A DNA stretch of 64,000 bases from Basidiobolus meristosporus CBS 931.73 (lineage: Eukaryota; Fungi; Basidiobolomycota). Below the pieces are notes generated by a model that saw only the letters and a program-made list of their open reading frames with translations, made no database searches and was not told the origin of the DNA. Location of the stretch: assembly GCA_002104905.1 (NCBI GenBank), contig MCFE01000221.1:1-64000 (forward strand), read 5' to 3'. Made by a program: the position numbers and the translations under genes. This document shows, one piece after another, positions 61,852 through 64,000 of this stretch (position 1 is the stretch's first letter; each line of letters starts with the position of its first letter).

Positions 61852-64000
61852 TATCAAGTGGCTGGCAAGATATTGTTGGTACAGTAGTGACTGGTGAATG
61901 GTCAAATATGACTTGTGTGGCAAAACACTGGCGGTGATCCTTGTAATACTTCCTTCACTGTCTGAGTGCTTCATGACTGAGAGGCTTGCTACAATAGACA
62001 CATGGTCTTTTTTCTCTTCTCTTACAGTATTGAGTCAAAGTAGTCATGTTCATGGGGGAAGCAGTTTGCCACTCAACAATGTAATGCTAATATATCACTT
62101 TTCTATCAATACTCATGTGAACTTACGAGAGTCCTGCATTTAATACAGCACACCTACATGAATGTAAGATCCAATGATGACCTGCCATAGTAAGCATTCT
62201 GAGTCAAGTTGTGGCACCACATACATATGTATATGCATCACCATTTCCTCTTTGGTTTGACTAACTTCTATATATATATCACCTGAAACTAAAGCAATGC
62301 TGTCTGGTTCCCAACCAAACCCCACTGCTTACAGCAGCAGAAGAATGAATGGACAACTGCTTACTTTGACATTCAGTGCAACAATCAGGGCTACAGCTAA
62401 AAATGGACCTGTGGACAGTGTGCATGCTGAAGGTAATAATGCAGACTCCTGAGGCTCTCAGTCAAGTAGGCAATTTGGAATCTCTGTGTAGCTGCTAGCT
62501 GACTGTATTGTGGAGGCCGATAAAAATGTAGCAAAAGCTGTACTCTTAGTTTAAGACCAGCAGGTGGCCATCATAACATCACCACCACCTTTGTTAGCAA
62601 GTAAGTTGTCAGCTCATACCAATGCACTAATGAGGCAATTAGCTTCAGTGGCTAATAGGATAGATGCAATGGCCCAGAGAAATCTGGAAATAGTCCAGAA
62701 ACAAAATGAGCAGATAAAAGGTGTCAAGCAATTAATATTGCCATTGGGAGGAAGCAACATCTTTGCTGCAAAGAAGGAACTCAAGTAGCTCAATTTTGCA
62801 GCCAAGAATAAAGCCATTTTCTGATGTGACAGCAGAGGGACACCACTCAGTCCTTGAAGCAGAACAACAGTGCCTAAAGCTTATGCCCACAAAAAAACCT
62901 ATTGCAGCATGGGATGGAGAAAATGTAGTGGTCATACCAAAGCCAAAAAATGAGAACACATCAAAGATCCATCAAGCCATTAAGTGCAATGATGAAGAGT
63001 GGGCTAATATTCTGGAGGCCTCTAGAAGTCTAGCACTCCAACACCTCAAGGCTGGCATACTAAGAGATCATCAGTAACTCAATGCCAAGCAGAATGCGCT
63101 TGACTTACTCCATCAGAATATCCATGTTTCAAACCAGCAAGCAGATTTTGGGCCAGCATTGGTATGCTAAGAAAGTATCTTAAGAATAGCAGAAATTATC
63201 AAAGGCTGAAGAACAAGGGTGTAATGGCTAAAAGCCAGCAGCTGCCGGAAGAGCTTGTTAAAAACAGGGCCAAAAGCTCCAAACAAGCATCAAAGAGACA
63301 TCAATGGCTGGAAGAGTACCAATAAGGGAGAAGCAGGCAGTCACAGATGCACATGCACAACATTGACCAAGGAAGAAGTGTAGTTCTGCTCAAGAAACAC
63401 TTGGTCAAAGTAGCAGTGAAGGACCTGGCAGTGGTAAAAACAAGTGGCTACCTCAGGAGCCTGCCACAGCATTGACTGAGAGCTCAAAACAGGCAGGAAA
63501 GAAGCATCAGGTTGCCTGCAGAGTGCCAGCAAGGGACCAACAGGTCAAAACAGATGCATCAGTGGAGTATTTATCAAGGATAAAATGTAATTGAATACAG
63601 GAAGCACTTAAACAAAGTAGCAGTGAAAGACCTGGCAGTAATAAAGGAAAAGGTAAAGGGGAAAAAGTCTACCCTAGCCAGAGACAGGGAAGTGTGAGAA
63701 AAAAGCTGCAGTTTTGCGAATTAACACTGTAAGCCTGGAACTGGCTGAGTCCCATTATAGCCAAAAAGAATTACCAACAAGAAAACAGCTGTTTTCACAA
63801 GAGCTGGTAGTGCAGCCAGTTCAGCTACACTCTAGTGAGGTAGATGAGTTTGAAGAGAAAGACAATTTGTCTACCTCAGCCTCCACACCCTACATTGTTC
63901 ACAGAGCGGAGATCCTACAGACAAACAAAGTAACAATGTCAAGAACTTAAAAGGTTATCACAATGCCTTTGGTGGAATTTTAGAACATTGATAGGCACAC
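61852..64000 (-). mobile_element. CMC-1 copy: transposase N-terminus (-), intergenic region, ORF2 relic (+) running off the window
   Basis: Homologous to 12740-14530 and to the reverse complement of 56290-58400. Confidence 0.8.

Noticed and set aside
2736-63950. Most 60-130 aa ORF-track entries as genes
   Set aside because: They are antisense or off-frame shadows of decayed TE reading frames.
1-64000. Naming the host species or phylum
   Set aside because: The PBS type, pol clades and CpG decay suggest a fungus, but there is no host marker gene in the window.

Overview
This 64 kb window is eukaryotic, most likely fungal, repetitive DNA made almost entirely of nested and mostly decayed transposons. 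I see no host gene, rRNA, tRNA or CRISPR array. Family names below are my working labels. (1) CMC-1 is a CACTA/EnSpm-type DNA transposon with CCCTATG termini and a 3-bp TSD, present as about 12 fragments plus one near-complete 5.7 kb copy (55685-61366). It carries a transposase and a divergently oriented partner ORF of about 620 codons. (2) Copia-A (44689-54484) is a full Ty1/copia element with 349-bp LTRs, TSD GAATA and a half-tRNA-iMet PBS. It is split by Gypsy-A (45711-50820, TSD GTAC, 1121-aa open pol). (3) Gypsy-B occurs as two complementary partial copies, both carrying an unrecognised extra ORF between pol and the 3' LTR. (4) Gypsy-C relics, a self-priming (Tf1-like) Gypsy-D deletion derivative, Copia-B relics and two orphan LTR-like families fill most of the rest. 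Copies differ mainly by CpG to TpG/CpA transitions. The best leads are the Gypsy-B extra ORF, the two-gene head-to-head CMC-1 architecture, the self-priming signal, a 73-bp G-tract/hairpin array inside the Gypsy-A LTR, and an unexplained ~2.7 kb at 15440-18170. Boundaries with quoted motifs were read directly from the sequence; the others are approximate. No database search or alignment was run.
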